From the NCBI GenBank assembly GCA_003282895.1, contig QBYI01000001.1, positions 678-64,677 on the forward strand: a DNA stretch of 64,000 bases, read 5' to 3'. The stretch's first letter is position 1; every line of letters begins with the position of its first letter. Both the position numbers and the translations under genes were made by a program. Below, piece by piece: positions 1 through 10,093 of this stretch. The notes beneath the pieces were generated by a model, which was given only the letters and a program-made list of their open reading frames with translations, was not told the origin of the DNA and did not search any database. This DNA comes from Pelagibacteraceae bacterium AG-325-F15. Lineage in GTDB: Bacteria > Pseudomonadota > Alphaproteobacteria > Pelagibacterales > Pelagibacteraceae.

Positions 1-2
1 AC

Positions 3-53
3 AATCCTAAACATGAAATTAAAGATTTGTCTGAGTTAGCGCCCTTAATTTAA
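3..53 (+). CDS. 3' end of a gene entering from the left, possibly a HAD-family hydrolase (partial)
   Basis: Reads NPKHEIKDLSELAPLI*, resembling the P-x-x-x-I-x-D-L-x-E-L C-terminus of HAD hydrolases; only 16 codons visible. Confidence 0.4.
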   Translation, partial: NPKHEIKDLSELAPLI

Positions 54-119
54 AGCGATCATTTGACTTATATATCACAAATTTATTTAAAATATATCTT
101 TCACTTGAAAGGAAAAAAT

Positions 120-308
120 ATGAGTGAAAAAAAGGAAATATCTTTTGAAATATATTCTGACTCAGAGGAAATGTTAGAACAAATTGTAGATAAATACGAT
201 CTCCCTGATAAATCAAAAGCATTAAGATGTCTAATGGATTACGTAGAAGAAAAAGAAAATGAATGGGATGAAATGTTTGCAACAATTCGTTGCAATAGAT
301 GTGGATAA
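120..308 (+). CDS. Small ribbon-helix-helix-like protein with C-terminal CxxC (62 aa)
   Basis: ATG at 120 preceded by AAAGGA; pattern ISFEI (strand), SDSEEMLEQIVDKY (helix), DKSKALRCL (helix); ends CNRCG. Confidence 0.7.
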   Translation: MSEKKEISFEIYSDSEEMLEQIVDKYDLPDKSKALRCLMDYVEEKENEWDEMFATIRCNRCG

Positions 309-721
309 AAGTGCAAAATATTAATAAAAAAATTGATAATTTTTTTTCAAACATTGATGCATTAGCATCTTTAGTTTTTCGATTTGGAATTGGTGTTGCT
401 TTTATAATTCATGGTTTAAACAAATTCCCTTTACCTCCTCAAGGATTAATAGAGTATTTTGACCTATCTCCAATTATAGCGTCTACGGTAGCTATTTCTG
501 AATTACTTTCAGGATTAATTTTAATCATAAGTGGGTTTATAAAAAATCCTATAGGCAACTTATTAACAAGAATTTCAGGACTTAATATAAGTGTTTTAAT
601 GGTAAGTATACTTATATTTGCACACCAAGACTGGTTAATCACAACAAAGCTTTTTACAAGTGAACAAATATTTCTTTTAATTGGTGGAATATACTTTTTA
701 ATCAAAGGTAATAGAACATAA
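299..721 (+). CDS. DoxX-family membrane protein
   Basis: RFGIGVAFIIHGLNKF motif, conserved Glu in ISELLSG, about 4 hydrophobic segments. Confidence 0.85.
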   Translation: MWIKVQNINKKIDNFFSNIDALASLVFRFGIGVAFIIHGLNKFPLPPQGLIEYFDLSPIIASTVAISELLSGLILIISGFIKNPIGNLLTRISGLNISVLMVSILIFAHQDWLITTKLFTSEQIFLLIGGIYFLIKGNRT

Positions 722-723
722 AT

Positions 724-1560
724 ATGAAACAAATTGAGGTACAAAAAATAATTGAACCAATTGCAGCATCCGATGGTGCTGGAGTAAAATTAAAAAGAAG
801 TATTGGCGTTGAGCCAAATTACTTTGATCCATTTTTAATGTTAGATGAATTTGGGTCTGAAAATAGTGAAGATTATATTGCAGGTTTTCCACCCCACCCT
901 CATAGAGGAATTGAAACGGTGACTTACATGTTAGCTGGAGATTTTGAACATAAAGATAGTACTGGTGGTGAAGGTAGAATGACTGCAGGAGATGTTCAAT
1001 GGATGAAAACAGGAAGCGGGATAATTCATTCTGAAATGCCAGCCATGAAAGAAGGTAAACTTCATGGTTTTCAATTATGGATTAATATGCCTGCTAAATT
1101 AAAGATGAGTAAGCCTGAATATATATATATTGATGCAGACAAAATGAGTATTCATAAAGATGATCATAAACTAGTAAAAGTTATAGCTGGCAAATTTGAA
1201 AATGCTGAAGGCCCTGTAAAAAGTCATAACGTTGAGCCAATTTATTTTGATGTTGAGCTAAAAAAAGATAAGGACCTTAATTTTAAATTACCATCTTCTC
1301 ATAATACTTTTGTTTATTTGATTAATGGTGAAATAGAAATTGGCAAAAATAAACATGACAAAGTTAAAGATAGTACTTTAATACTATTAACAAGAGGTGA
1401 AGATTTAACTGTAAAAGCAAAATCAGATGCTAAATTTTTACTTATTTCAGGAAAACCAATTAATGAAGAAATTGCAAGAGGTGGGCCTTTTGTGATGAAT
1501 ACTAAAGCTGAAATCTTGCAAGCAGTTCAAGATTATCATAATGATAAATTTGTAAAATAA
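724..1560 (+). CDS. Pirin-family bicupin protein
   Basis: DPFLMLDEF, GFPPHPHRGIETVTY, GIIHSEMP, FQLWINMP, GPFVMNT. Confidence 0.95.
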   Translation: MKQIEVQKIIEPIAASDGAGVKLKRSIGVEPNYFDPFLMLDEFGSENSEDYIAGFPPHPHRGIETVTYMLAGDFEHKDSTGGEGRMTAGDVQWMKTGSGIIHSEMPAMKEGKLHGFQLWINMPAKLKMSKPEYIYIDADKMSIHKDDHKLVKVIAGKFENAEGPVKSHNVEPIYFDVELKKDKDLNFKLPSSHNTFVYLINGEIEIGKNKHDKVKDSTLILLTRGEDLTVKAKSDAKFLLISGKPINEEIARGGPFVMNTKAEILQAVQDYHNDKFVK

Positions 1561-1563
1561 ATT

Positions 1564-2535
1564 ATGAAAATTGTATCAATTAAAAAATTCGGTGGGCCTG
1601 AAGTTTTAAAGATTGAGAATATAGAAATTAGTAAACCAGGATCAAAAGAAGTTTTAGTTAAAAACTTATCTATAGGCCTCAATTTTATAGATACCTATCA
1701 TCGATCAGGACTTTACCCTATTCCACTACCAAGTGGTATTGGTCTTGAAGCTTGTGGTGAAATTGAAGAAGTTGGTTCTGATGTTAATCTTTTTAAAGTT
1801 GGTGATCGTGTAACACACGCATCAATGCCAATTGGCGCTTATGCAGAAAAGCAAATAATGCCTGAAGATAAATTAGTGCTAGTACCTGATGGAGTTTCAA
1901 GTGAAGTCGCGTCTTGTATTACTTTAAAAGGAATTACTGCTGAATATTTATTGCATAGAGCTTACCCACTAAAAAAAGGTGATAAAGTTTTATATCATGC
2001 AGCAGCTGGAGGACTTGGACAGATTTTATGTCCTTGGGCAAATGCAATTGGTGCTGAGGTAATTGGAACAGTAGGATCGAAAGAAAAAGAGGAAATAGCG
2101 AAAAAAAATGGTTGTCATCATGTAATTAATTATACTGATACAAATTTTGTAGAAGAGGTTGAAAAAATTGTAGGAAAAAACTGTATTGATGTTGTTTATG
2201 ATGGTGTTGGTGCAAAAACATTTGAGGGATCTATAGAAGTTTTAAAAATAAGAGGAATGATGGTCGCTTTTGGTAATGCGTCCGGTTATGTCGATACTAT
2301 TGATGTAAAAAAACACATAAATGCAAAAGGATTATTTTTTACAAGACCCTCTATAGCTCACTACACTGTAAAAAGAGAAGAGTTAGAAGAGTCGGCTAAA
2401 AAAGTTTTTGAGGCTTTATTAGCTGGAAAGTTTAAAATTGAAATTGCTAAAAAATATGCTTTAAATGATGCTAAAAAGGCTCATGAAGATTTAGAAGGAA
2501 GAAAATTAACTGGACCTGCAGTTTTACTTCCTTAG
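1564..2535 (+). CDS. qor: NADPH:quinone oxidoreductase (zeta-crystallin/MDR family)
   Basis: GGPEVL, GLNFIDTYHRSGLYP, HAAAGGLG, VVYDGVG, FGNASG. Confidence 0.93.
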   Translation: MKIVSIKKFGGPEVLKIENIEISKPGSKEVLVKNLSIGLNFIDTYHRSGLYPIPLPSGIGLEACGEIEEVGSDVNLFKVGDRVTHASMPIGAYAEKQIMPEDKLVLVPDGVSSEVASCITLKGITAEYLLHRAYPLKKGDKVLYHAAAGGLGQILCPWANAIGAEVIGTVGSKEKEEIAKKNGCHHVINYTDTNFVEEVEKIVGKNCIDVVYDGVGAKTFEGSIEVLKIRGMMVAFGNASGYVDTIDVKKHINAKGLFFTRPSIAHYTVKREELEESAKKVFEALLAGKFKIEIAKKYALNDAKKAHEDLEGRKLTGPAVLLP

Positions 2536-2936
2536 TCAACACTTACATCCATATCAGACATATGAAGTTTTAATGCATTTGTTGATATATGAATTTCTCT
2601 AATAAAGAAAAGAATAGAAATAATCATTGATAAACAGCAAGATCCAAAAATTAATCGAGCAATAAAAACTTCATTCAAATAAAGACCCAATACCGTCAGC
2701 ATATTAAATAAAAATCCAAATGCAGCAAACATGATGGTCCATCGCAGAAGAGTAATTCTTCCACTTAAATTTATAAATTGTTTTCTCCACTCATTTGGAA
2801 CATGATTTTCATAGACATGTTCATCATGAAGTTCTCGTATAAGCTTACTTAATGAATGAAATCTATTACTATAGATATTCATTAATAATGGTATTGCTGG
2901 AAACATTAGGGCTGTGACTGTGTAATCTATATTCAT
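2532..2936 (-). CDS. DUF2721-like membrane protein
   Basis: PAIPLL..YSNRF..L...IREL pattern, C-terminal REIHIS..AL, hydrophobic helices. Confidence 0.7.
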   Translation of the reverse strand: MNIDYTVTALMFPAIPLLMNIYSNRFHSLSKLIRELHDEHVYENHVPNEWRKQFINLSGRITLLRWTIMFAAFGFLFNMLTVLGLYLNEVFIARLIFGSCCLSMIISILFFIREIHISTNALKLHMSDMDVSVD

Positions 2937-2985
2937 ACGAATCAGTTTGATTATGAATCTAGCCTTTGTTATTTACAAGTAAATT

Positions 2986-3852
2986 ATGAACCAAATTAAC
3001 CTATTTATAGAACTAACAAGATTTAAAAAACCTATTGGCTTCATGCTATTATTTTGGCCTTGCCTTTGGGGATTAACATTAGTTTATGATTTCCAAACAA
3101 GTTTATTCAATTATTTTTTTTATTCTACTCTTTTCTTATCAGGATCTATTTTAATGCGATCTGCAGGATGCATTGTAAATGATATTGCTGATAGAAATTT
3201 TGATAAAAAAGTTGAAAGAACTAAAGGAAGACCAATTGCTTCTGGAAAAGTTTCTGTGAAACTTGCTTCAGTATATGCTATGATTTTATGTGGGATTGCT
3301 TTCTTAGTATTAATAAATTTCAACAAACTTACAATATTAATGGCTTTAATTTCAATGCCACTAGCATTTGCTTATCCATTGATGAAGAGAATAACTTATT
3401 GGCCTCAATTATTTCTTGGAATTACATTTAACTATGGATTAGTGCTTGCTTGGATTTCTATAACTAATGAATTCTCAATTATTCCAATAATTTTTTATAT
3501 TGGGGCCATATTTTGGACACTAGGCTACGACACAATTTATGGATTTCAAGATATTAAAGATGATGAAATAATAGGTGTAAAATCAACTTCGATAAAATTT
3601 AAAGATGATCCAAAAAAGTTTCTATTTATTTCATATTGTATTTTTATCATATCACTACTTTTGATTGGGATATTAATGGGTTTTAAATATTATTATTTTT
3701 TATTTATGATTTTTCCTATTTTACATTTGTTAGTATTTCAAATAAAAAAATTAAATACTAATTTACCTTTTGATTGTCTTAATAAATTTAAAAGTAATAA
3801 TTTTTTAGGAATAATAATATTTATTAATATTCTTGTTGGAAAACTAATATAA
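2986..3852 (+). CDS. ubiA: 4-hydroxybenzoate polyprenyltransferase
   Basis: RSAGCIVNDIADRNFDKKVERTKGRP and YDTIYGFQDIKDD Asp-rich motifs. Confidence 0.95.
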   Translation: MNQINLFIELTRFKKPIGFMLLFWPCLWGLTLVYDFQTSLFNYFFYSTLFLSGSILMRSAGCIVNDIADRNFDKKVERTKGRPIASGKVSVKLASVYAMILCGIAFLVLINFNKLTILMALISMPLAFAYPLMKRITYWPQLFLGITFNYGLVLAWISITNEFSIIPIIFYIGAIFWTLGYDTIYGFQDIKDDEIIGVKSTSIKFKDDPKKFLFISYCIFIISLLLIGILMGFKYYYFLFMIFPILHLLVFQIKKLNTNLPFDCLNKFKSNNFLGIIIFINILVGKLI

Positions 3853-3856
3853 AAAA

Positions 3857-5599
3857 ATGTCAAAAATTAAAATATTAAAAAGACTTTTTAAAAACTACAC
3901 TGGAAAATTTCTTAATAAAATTTTGTTAGCTGGTTTTTTTTCAATAATAGTAGCTGCTAGTACTTCGGCAACAGCATGGCTTTTAGATCCCGCAATCGAA
4001 AAAATATTTCTTAATAAAGACCAAACTTTAATTTTCTTAATCCCAATAGCAATCATACTTGCTTTTAGTGCAAAAGGTACATCTCTTTATTTTGCAAAAT
4101 TATTAATGATTAATGTATCTGAGGAAGTTAAAAAAATGATGCAGACTGACATGTTAAAATCTTTTATCAAAGCAGATACAGAGATTATTGAAAACAAACA
4201 TTCAGGAAAATATATTTCAAATTTAAATTTTGATGTGAATCAGATAACAATATTATTAGCTGATGCACTTTTAAGTCTTTTTAAAGACAGCCTTACATTA
4301 ATAGGTCTACTTATTGTAATGTTTTTTCAAAATTGGAAATTATCTTTAATTGCAATTTTTATGATACCACTTGCATCAATTACAGCAAAAATTCTTGCTA
4401 AGAGGATGGGTAAAGTCACAACCCAGGCACAAGAAAAATCAGGAGATTTAAATAGATATTTAATTGATTTGTTTAAAAATCATAAACTTATAAAAATTTT
4501 CCAAAGAGAGGATTACGAAGAAAAAAGATCAGAAAAATTTGTTAACGATTTGAAGGAAAAATCTGCGAAAATTGCAGCTATATACATTAGATCTGCTCCA
4601 ATTATGGAAATATTAACAGGTATAATGATTGCAATATTAATATTTTACTCAGGTAAATTAATAATCAATGATGAAATAGGGATAAATAATTTTTTTTCAT
4701 TTTTAGCAGCCATGATGTTGGCTTATCAACCTGTAAAGACACTAACAAAAGTAAATGTTGGGATTGGACAAGGTTTGGCAGCAGCTGAACGAATTCTACC
4801 AATAATAGATAAACAAAATGAAATTTCTTTAAATGAACAAGGGGCAAAACTAAATATCAGTGAAGGTAACATTGTGTTAGATAAAATTAATTTTGCTTAT
4901 AAGTCTAATCCTGAGAACAAAGTTCTTCAAGATATGTCTCTTAAATTTACTGGTGGAAAAATGACTGCTTTAGTTGGCTATAGCGGATCTGGAAAATCAA
5001 CATTATTAAATATGATACCTAGAATTTATCTACCAACTAGTGGAAATATATATTTTGATGATCAGGACATATCTTTAGTAAATTTAGAGTCTCTAAGAAA
5101 TCAAATATCAATAGTAGATCAAAATACTACGTTATTTGATGATACTGTTTTTAATAACATTAAATATGCAAGACCAGATGCAGATAAAAAAGATATTTTA
5201 GAGGCGGCAAAATTATCCATGAGTGATGAGTTTATAAATAATTTAGAAAATGGCTATGAAACGATGATAGGAGAAAATGGAGTAAAACTTTCCGGAGGAG
5301 AAAAACAAAGATTATCAATTGCGAGAGCTTTTTTAAAGAATAGTAGAATAATATTACTTGATGAGGCTACTTCATCATTAGATTCTGAAACAGAAGAGAA
5401 AATTCAAAAAGCTCTAGATAAGCTAATCATTAATAAAACTACAATAGTTATTGCTCATAGACTCTCAACAATACTTAATTCAGATAATATTTATGTTGTT
5501 GATAAAGGTAAAATTGTTGATCATGGAAAACATGAAGAGCTTTTGAATAATTCAAAAATTTATAAAAATTTTTATCAAAGACAAATAAAACAAAATTGA
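3857..5599 (+). CDS. msbA: Lipid A flippase-type ABC transporter
   Basis: TM domain plus Walker A GYSGSGKS, LSGGEKQR, LDEATSSLD; directly upstream of kdtA-lpxK. Confidence 0.85.
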   Translation: MSKIKILKRLFKNYTGKFLNKILLAGFFSIIVAASTSATAWLLDPAIEKIFLNKDQTLIFLIPIAIILAFSAKGTSLYFAKLLMINVSEEVKKMMQTDMLKSFIKADTEIIENKHSGKYISNLNFDVNQITILLADALLSLFKDSLTLIGLLIVMFFQNWKLSLIAIFMIPLASITAKILAKRMGKVTTQAQEKSGDLNRYLIDLFKNHKLIKIFQREDYEEKRSEKFVNDLKEKSAKIAAIYIRSAPIMEILTGIMIAILIFYSGKLIINDEIGINNFFSFLAAMMLAYQPVKTLTKVNVGIGQGLAAAERILPIIDKQNEISLNEQGAKLNISEGNIVLDKINFAYKSNPENKVLQDMSLKFTGGKMTALVGYSGSGKSTLLNMIPRIYLPTSGNIYFDDQDISLVNLESLRNQISIVDQNTTLFDDTVFNNIKYARPDADKKDILEAAKLSMSDEFINNLENGYETMIGENGVKLSGGEKQRLSIARAFLKNSRIILLDEATSSLDSETEEKIQKALDKLIINKTTIVIAHRLSTILNSDNIYVVDKGKIVDHGKHEELLNNSKIYKNFYQRQIKQN

Positions 5600-6837
5600 T
5601 GTATTTTTTTTACGCCATACTGACTAATTTGGCTTTTATAATATCACCTATTATTTTTATTTATAGAACATTAAAAGGAAAAGAAGACCCTAAAAGGTTT
5701 AAAGAAAAAATTTGTATATATTCTAAAAAAAGAACTAAAAATAAAGTTTGGATACATACTGCAAGTATTGGCGAACTAATGAGTATAATTCCAATAATTA
5801 AGAAATTGGAAAAAAATAAAAAAATTAAAAGCATTATTGTTACAACGACAACAACTAGTTCTGCAAAAATATTTGAAAAAATAAGATTTAAAAAAACTTT
5901 TCATGTTTATTTTCCCTTAGATAATAATTTTTTAACAAAAAGATTTATAGATTATTGGCAACCACAAACAGCAATTTTTGTTGAGTCTGAAATATGGCCA
6001 AACATGTATAAAAATTTAAAAATAAAAAAAATTCCAATTATTATTTTAAATGCAAGAATAGTTAAAAAAACTCTTGATAGGTGGAAAATTTTTCCTAGTT
6101 TTGCTAAAGAAGTATTTGATAAAATTACTTTAGCTCTACCTTCTAATCTAGAAACCTTAAAATATCTCAAACAACTTCAAGTTAAGAATATTAGGGTTGC
6201 GGGTAACCTTAAATATTATGGAGAAAAAAATATGGAGGGGATAAATGATAAACTTTTGAAAAATAAATTTAAAAACTCAAAAATTTGGTGTGCAGCAAGT
6301 ACACATAAAAATGAAGAAATTTTTTTAGGAAAATTACATAAAAATCTGAAAAAAAATAATAAACAACTTGTTACTATTATTATACCAAGACATATAAATA
6401 GAGCTCCTCAAATAATTGATGATATGAATAAACTTGGTTTAAAAACTATAACTCACTCCTCAAATCTTAAGATTAAAAATGATACTGATATTTATTTAGT
6501 AGATAGCTATGGGGTTTCATCTAAATTTTATAATCTTACCAATATAACTTTTGTAGGTGGTTCCCTGATTACTCATGGAGGACAGAACCCTTTAGAGCCA
6601 GCTAGATTTGGTAATTTTATAATTAATGGCCCCAATGTGAATAATTTTAAGGAAATATATTCATTTTTAATGAAGCATAAAATGTCGTTAACTACTTCAA
6701 GTAGTTTAAAGATGAAAAAAATTATTTTAAAAAAGTTGAACCATAAAAAAAACAAACAAAATATTAAAAAAATTACTAAAATTGGTGAGCAAGTTCTAGA
6801 CAAAAATCTGCTTTATATTAACAAGTATATAATATGA
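5599..6837 (+). CDS. kdtA: Kdo transferase (3-deoxy-D-manno-octulosonic acid transferase)
   Basis: WIHTASIGE, ESEIWPN, AASTH, GGSL..HGGQNPLEP; ATG overlaps the msbA stop. Confidence 0.93.
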   Translation: MYFFYAILTNLAFIISPIIFIYRTLKGKEDPKRFKEKICIYSKKRTKNKVWIHTASIGELMSIIPIIKKLEKNKKIKSIIVTTTTTSSAKIFEKIRFKKTFHVYFPLDNNFLTKRFIDYWQPQTAIFVESEIWPNMYKNLKIKKIPIIILNARIVKKTLDRWKIFPSFAKEVFDKITLALPSNLETLKYLKQLQVKNIRVAGNLKYYGEKNMEGINDKLLKNKFKNSKIWCAASTHKNEEIFLGKLHKNLKKNNKQLVTIIIPRHINRAPQIIDDMNKLGLKTITHSSNLKIKNDTDIYLVDSYGVSSKFYNLTNITFVGGSLITHGGQNPLEPARFGNFIINGPNVNNFKEIYSFLMKHKMSLTTSSSLKMKKIILKKLNHKKNKQNIKKITKIGEQVLDKNLLYINKYII

Positions 6838-7757
6838 AGTTTGTAAAACCTTTATTTTGGAAATCTAAAAATATAATCTCTACGCTGCTTTATCCGCTCT
6901 CTCTAATTGTTTTGATAATAAATTTTTTAAAAGAATTTAATTCAAAAAAATATTTTTTGATTAAAACAATATGTGTTGGTAACACATACTTAGGTGGTAC
7001 AGGAAAAACATCTTTAGCTATTGAAATTCAAAATTTATTAAAAAAAAAATTTAAGACTGTATTTATAAAAAAAAATTATCCTGATCAATTAGATGAAATA
7101 AATTTATTAAAAGCAAAAGGAGAGGTAATTTTTAAAAATAGTAGAGAGAAATCTTTACATTTAGCATCAAAAAAAAAATTTGAACTGGCAATTCTTGATG
7201 ATGGATTACAACAAAAAAATATTGATTATAGTGTGAAAATTATTTGTTTTAATGCTGATGAAGGATTTGGAAATGAATATTTACTACCAGCAGGGCCATT
7301 AAGAGAAAGTGTTAATCAGATAAAAAATTATGATATTGCTTTTATTAATGGGGAGAAAAAAAATAAAGATCTTAATTTAAAACTCAAATCTATAAATAAA
7401 AATCTTCAAATTTTTGAAGGCAAATATAAACCATCAAATTTAAAAGATTTCGATTTAAAAAAAAAATATCTAATGTTTTGTGGGATTGGTAACCCTCATG
7501 AATTTGAAAAAACCCTTATTAAGAACAAATTTTTAATAAAAGAAAAAATAATTTACGCAGATCACTATAAAATACCTAATGAAATACTTAATCAATTAAA
7601 ATTAAAAGCTAAAAAAAAAAATCTTTCTTTAGTCACTACTGAAAAAGATTTTTTTCGGTTAGATAAATCACAAAGAAAAAATATTAAATTTTTAAAAATT
7701 ACTCTAGAAATTAAAGATATTAATAAATTTAAAAAACTCTTAATATCTAAGTTATGA
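6834..7757 (+). CDS. lpxK: Tetraacyldisaccharide 4'-kinase
   Basis: CVGNTYLGGTGKT, LDDGLQ, LPAGPLRE, GIGNP, TTEKD. Confidence 0.93.
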   Translation: MKFVKPLFWKSKNIISTLLYPLSLIVLIINFLKEFNSKKYFLIKTICVGNTYLGGTGKTSLAIEIQNLLKKKFKTVFIKKNYPDQLDEINLLKAKGEVIFKNSREKSLHLASKKKFELAILDDGLQQKNIDYSVKIICFNADEGFGNEYLLPAGPLRESVNQIKNYDIAFINGEKKNKDLNLKLKSINKNLQIFEGKYKPSNLKDFDLKKKYLMFCGIGNPHEFEKTLIKNKFLIKEKIIYADHYKIPNEILNQLKLKAKKKNLSLVTTEKDFFRLDKSQRKNIKFLKITLEIKDINKFKKLLISKL

Positions 7758-8614
7758 AAAAAATAGTCTACTTTATTGAATATATTTTAATCAAAATTTT
7801 ATTTTTTATCTTTAAGTTAATTGGTTATAAATTTTCTTCAAATTTAGGATTTATAATTGGTGTAATTTTCGGTCCTTTATTTAAATCTAAAAAATCAATT
7901 ATTAATAATTTAGAAAAAGCAAATATTCAAAAGCAAGAAAATCTCAAAAAAATAGCATCTAATGTTTTGGGAAACTACGGAAGAATTTTTGCAGAATATG
8001 TTCATCTTAAAGATTTTAGGAACGACAAACTTAAAAAATATATTTCAATTGAAGGTCTTGAGCACTTAAATTATTTAAGACAATCTAAAAAAAAAGCTAT
8101 TTTTATTTCAGGTCATTTTAATAATTTTGAACTTATGGCTATGCAAATTGAAAAAGTTGGAATTGAATTAGCTGCCATTTATAGACCACTTAATAATGTT
8201 TTTTTGAACAAAACAATGGAAAAAATTAGAACTGAAAATATTTGTAAAAATCAAATTAAAAAAGGGAGAGCTGGTAGTCGAGAAATAATTAAAAATGTGA
8301 AAAATGGAAAATCAATTGCAATAATGATTGATCAAAGAGTTAGAGAGGGGGAAAAAGTAAATTTTTTTAATCATCTGGCAACTACTACAACTATTCCTGC
8401 TCAACTTATTAAAAAATATGATTGTGAATTAGTACCTGTTTATATTGAAAGAATAAAAAATAATTATTTTAAAATGTTTGTTTCCAAACCAATTAAAATT
8501 AATAATAAAAAATCAATTAAACAAATAACTAAATTTCTTAACGATTTATTGGAAAGAATGATTTTAAGAAATGTAGACCAGTGGATTTGGACTCATAATA
8601 GATGGAAAAATTAA
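7754..8614 (+). CDS. lpxL: Lipid A late acyltransferase (LpxL/HtrB family)
   Basis: HFNNFE catalytic motif, DQ motif, QWIWTHNRWK C-terminus. Confidence 0.88.
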   Translation: MKKIVYFIEYILIKILFFIFKLIGYKFSSNLGFIIGVIFGPLFKSKKSIINNLEKANIQKQENLKKIASNVLGNYGRIFAEYVHLKDFRNDKLKKYISIEGLEHLNYLRQSKKKAIFISGHFNNFELMAMQIEKVGIELAAIYRPLNNVFLNKTMEKIRTENICKNQIKKGRAGSREIIKNVKNGKSIAIMIDQRVREGEKVNFFNHLATTTTIPAQLIKKYDCELVPVYIERIKNNYFKMFVSKPIKINNKKSIKQITKFLNDLLERMILRNVDQWIWTHNRWKN

Positions 8615-8618
8615 ATCT

Positions 8619-8807
8619 TTAATTTTTTTCACGTTCAATTGCTGCCTCTACATATGAATAGTAAGCTTCCTGCTTTTCAACACTCCAGTAATTCAAATTT
8701 TCTAAAGGTATTTTTTTTTTTGATATCGCACAAATTACATAATCTCCATTTTCAATGATTTCAAAATTATTTGGTAGAAATTTTAATTTAGCTAATTTAT
8801 TTATCAT
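8619..8807 (-). CDS. DUF2093-family small protein
   Basis: GDYVICAISKKKIPLENLNYWSVEKQEAY matches my recollection of this alphaproteobacterial family. Confidence 0.8.
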   Translation of the reverse strand: MINKLAKLKFLPNNFEIIENGDYVICAISKKKIPLENLNYWSVEKQEAYYSYVEAAIEREKN

Positions 8808-8830
8808 TTATAAGATATATAAATATTATT

Positions 8831-10093
8831 ATGAAAATTGCAATTTTAGGAAGTGGAGGCAGAGAACATGCTATAGCTGCAACAATTTCTAAATCTTCAA
8901 AAATAAAAAATATTTACTGTATTCCAGGAAATGCAGGAACTTCGGAAATTGCCCTTAATATAGATTTAGATATTAATAACTTTGAAGTTATACATAAGTT
9001 TCTAGATGAGAATAAAATTGACTTAGTGGTGATAGGACCTGAACAACCATTGGTAAATGGTATAGTTGATTATTTAGAAAAATTTAATATTAAAGTTTTT
9101 GGTCCTAATAAAATTGCCTCTCAACTTGAAGGGTCAAAAATTTTTACAAAGAAACTTTGTGAAGACTATAATATTCCAACAGCAAAATTTGCTGTACTTG
9201 AAAACAAATTAGATGCAAAAAAATTTTTAAAAAACTCTAAATATCCCAACGTAATTAAAGCTGATAATTTAGCCTCAGGTAAAGGTGTTTATATTTGCAA
9301 TAATGAAAATGAGTCCAATGTTGCAATTGACGAAATATTCAATGGAAAATTTGGAGTAGCTAAAAATATCCTAATTGAGGAATTCCTTGAAGGTGAAGAA
9401 ATGAGTTATTTTATAGTTAGTGACGGAAAAACTATAAAAAATTTTGAAACAGCACAAGACCACAAAAGAGTACTTGAAAAAGATAAAGGAAAAAATACTG
9501 GAGGGATGGGGGCTTATTCTCCTTCAAGATTAATTACAAAAGAATTAGAAGAAAAAATATTAAATAAAATTATTCACCCTACTCTATTAGGCTTATCTAA
9601 AATGAACACAAATTATAAGGGTTTTTTATATGCAGGCCTTATGATTGTCAAAGATGAACCATATTTAATTGAGTATAACGTACGTATGGGAGACCCAGAG
9701 TGTCAAACAATTCTTCCTAAACTTGAAACAGATTTAGCAGATATTTTTTTAGCTTGTTGTGATGAGACACTTGATAAAATTGATCTCAATTGGTCAAATA
9801 TGAAAAGTTTATGTATTGTGATGTGCTCCAAAGGTTATCCTGATGAATTTAAAAAAAATGTAGAAATAAAAAACTTAGACAATCTTAAATTAGGTGATGA
9901 TGAATACTTATTTCATGCTGGCACATTAAAAAAGAATAAAAAATTATATGCTGTTGGAGGCAGAGTTTTAAATTTTGTAGTAACTTCTGATAATTTTAGA
10001 AATTCAAAAAATAGGATATTATTAAATTTGGAAAAATTAAATTGGCAAGGTGGGTTTTATAGAAAAGATATTGGCTATAGAGTAATTGATTAA
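8831..10093 (+). CDS. purD: Phosphoribosylamine-glycine ligase
   Basis: GSGGREHA, LEGSK, QDHKR, NTGGMGAYSP, EYNVRMGDPE. Confidence 0.97.
   Translation: MKIAILGSGGREHAIAATISKSSKIKNIYCIPGNAGTSEIALNIDLDINNFEVIHKFLDENKIDLVVIGPEQPLVNGIVDYLEKFNIKVFGPNKIASQLEGSKIFTKKLCEDYNIPTAKFAVLENKLDAKKFLKNSKYPNVIKADNLASGKGVYICNNENESNVAIDEIFNGKFGVAKNILIEEFLEGEEMSYFIVSDGKTIKNFETAQDHKRVLEKDKGKNTGGMGAYSPSRLITKELEEKILNKIIHPTLLGLSKMNTNYKGFLYAGLMIVKDEPYLIEYNVRMGDPECQTILPKLETDLADIFLACCDETLDKIDLNWSNMKSLCIVMCSKGYPDEFKKNVEIKNLDNLKLGDDEYLFHAGTLKKNKKLYAVGGRVLNFVVTSDNFRNSKNRILLNLEKLNWQGGFYRKDIGYRVID

Noticed and set aside
19-354. 111-aa minus-strand ORF and similar short antisense ORFs (e.g. 439-744, 17165-17449, 23179-23649, 37228-37551, 44184-44516, 50465-50890)
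   Set aside because: They lie antisense to well-supported genes and show no recognisable motifs; consistent with shadow ORFs
7040-7621. A10-A11 homopolymers in lpxK as phase-variation sites
   Set aside because: Long A runs are frequent throughout this Lys-rich, AT-rich sequence; the frame is intact and the gene is expected to be essential
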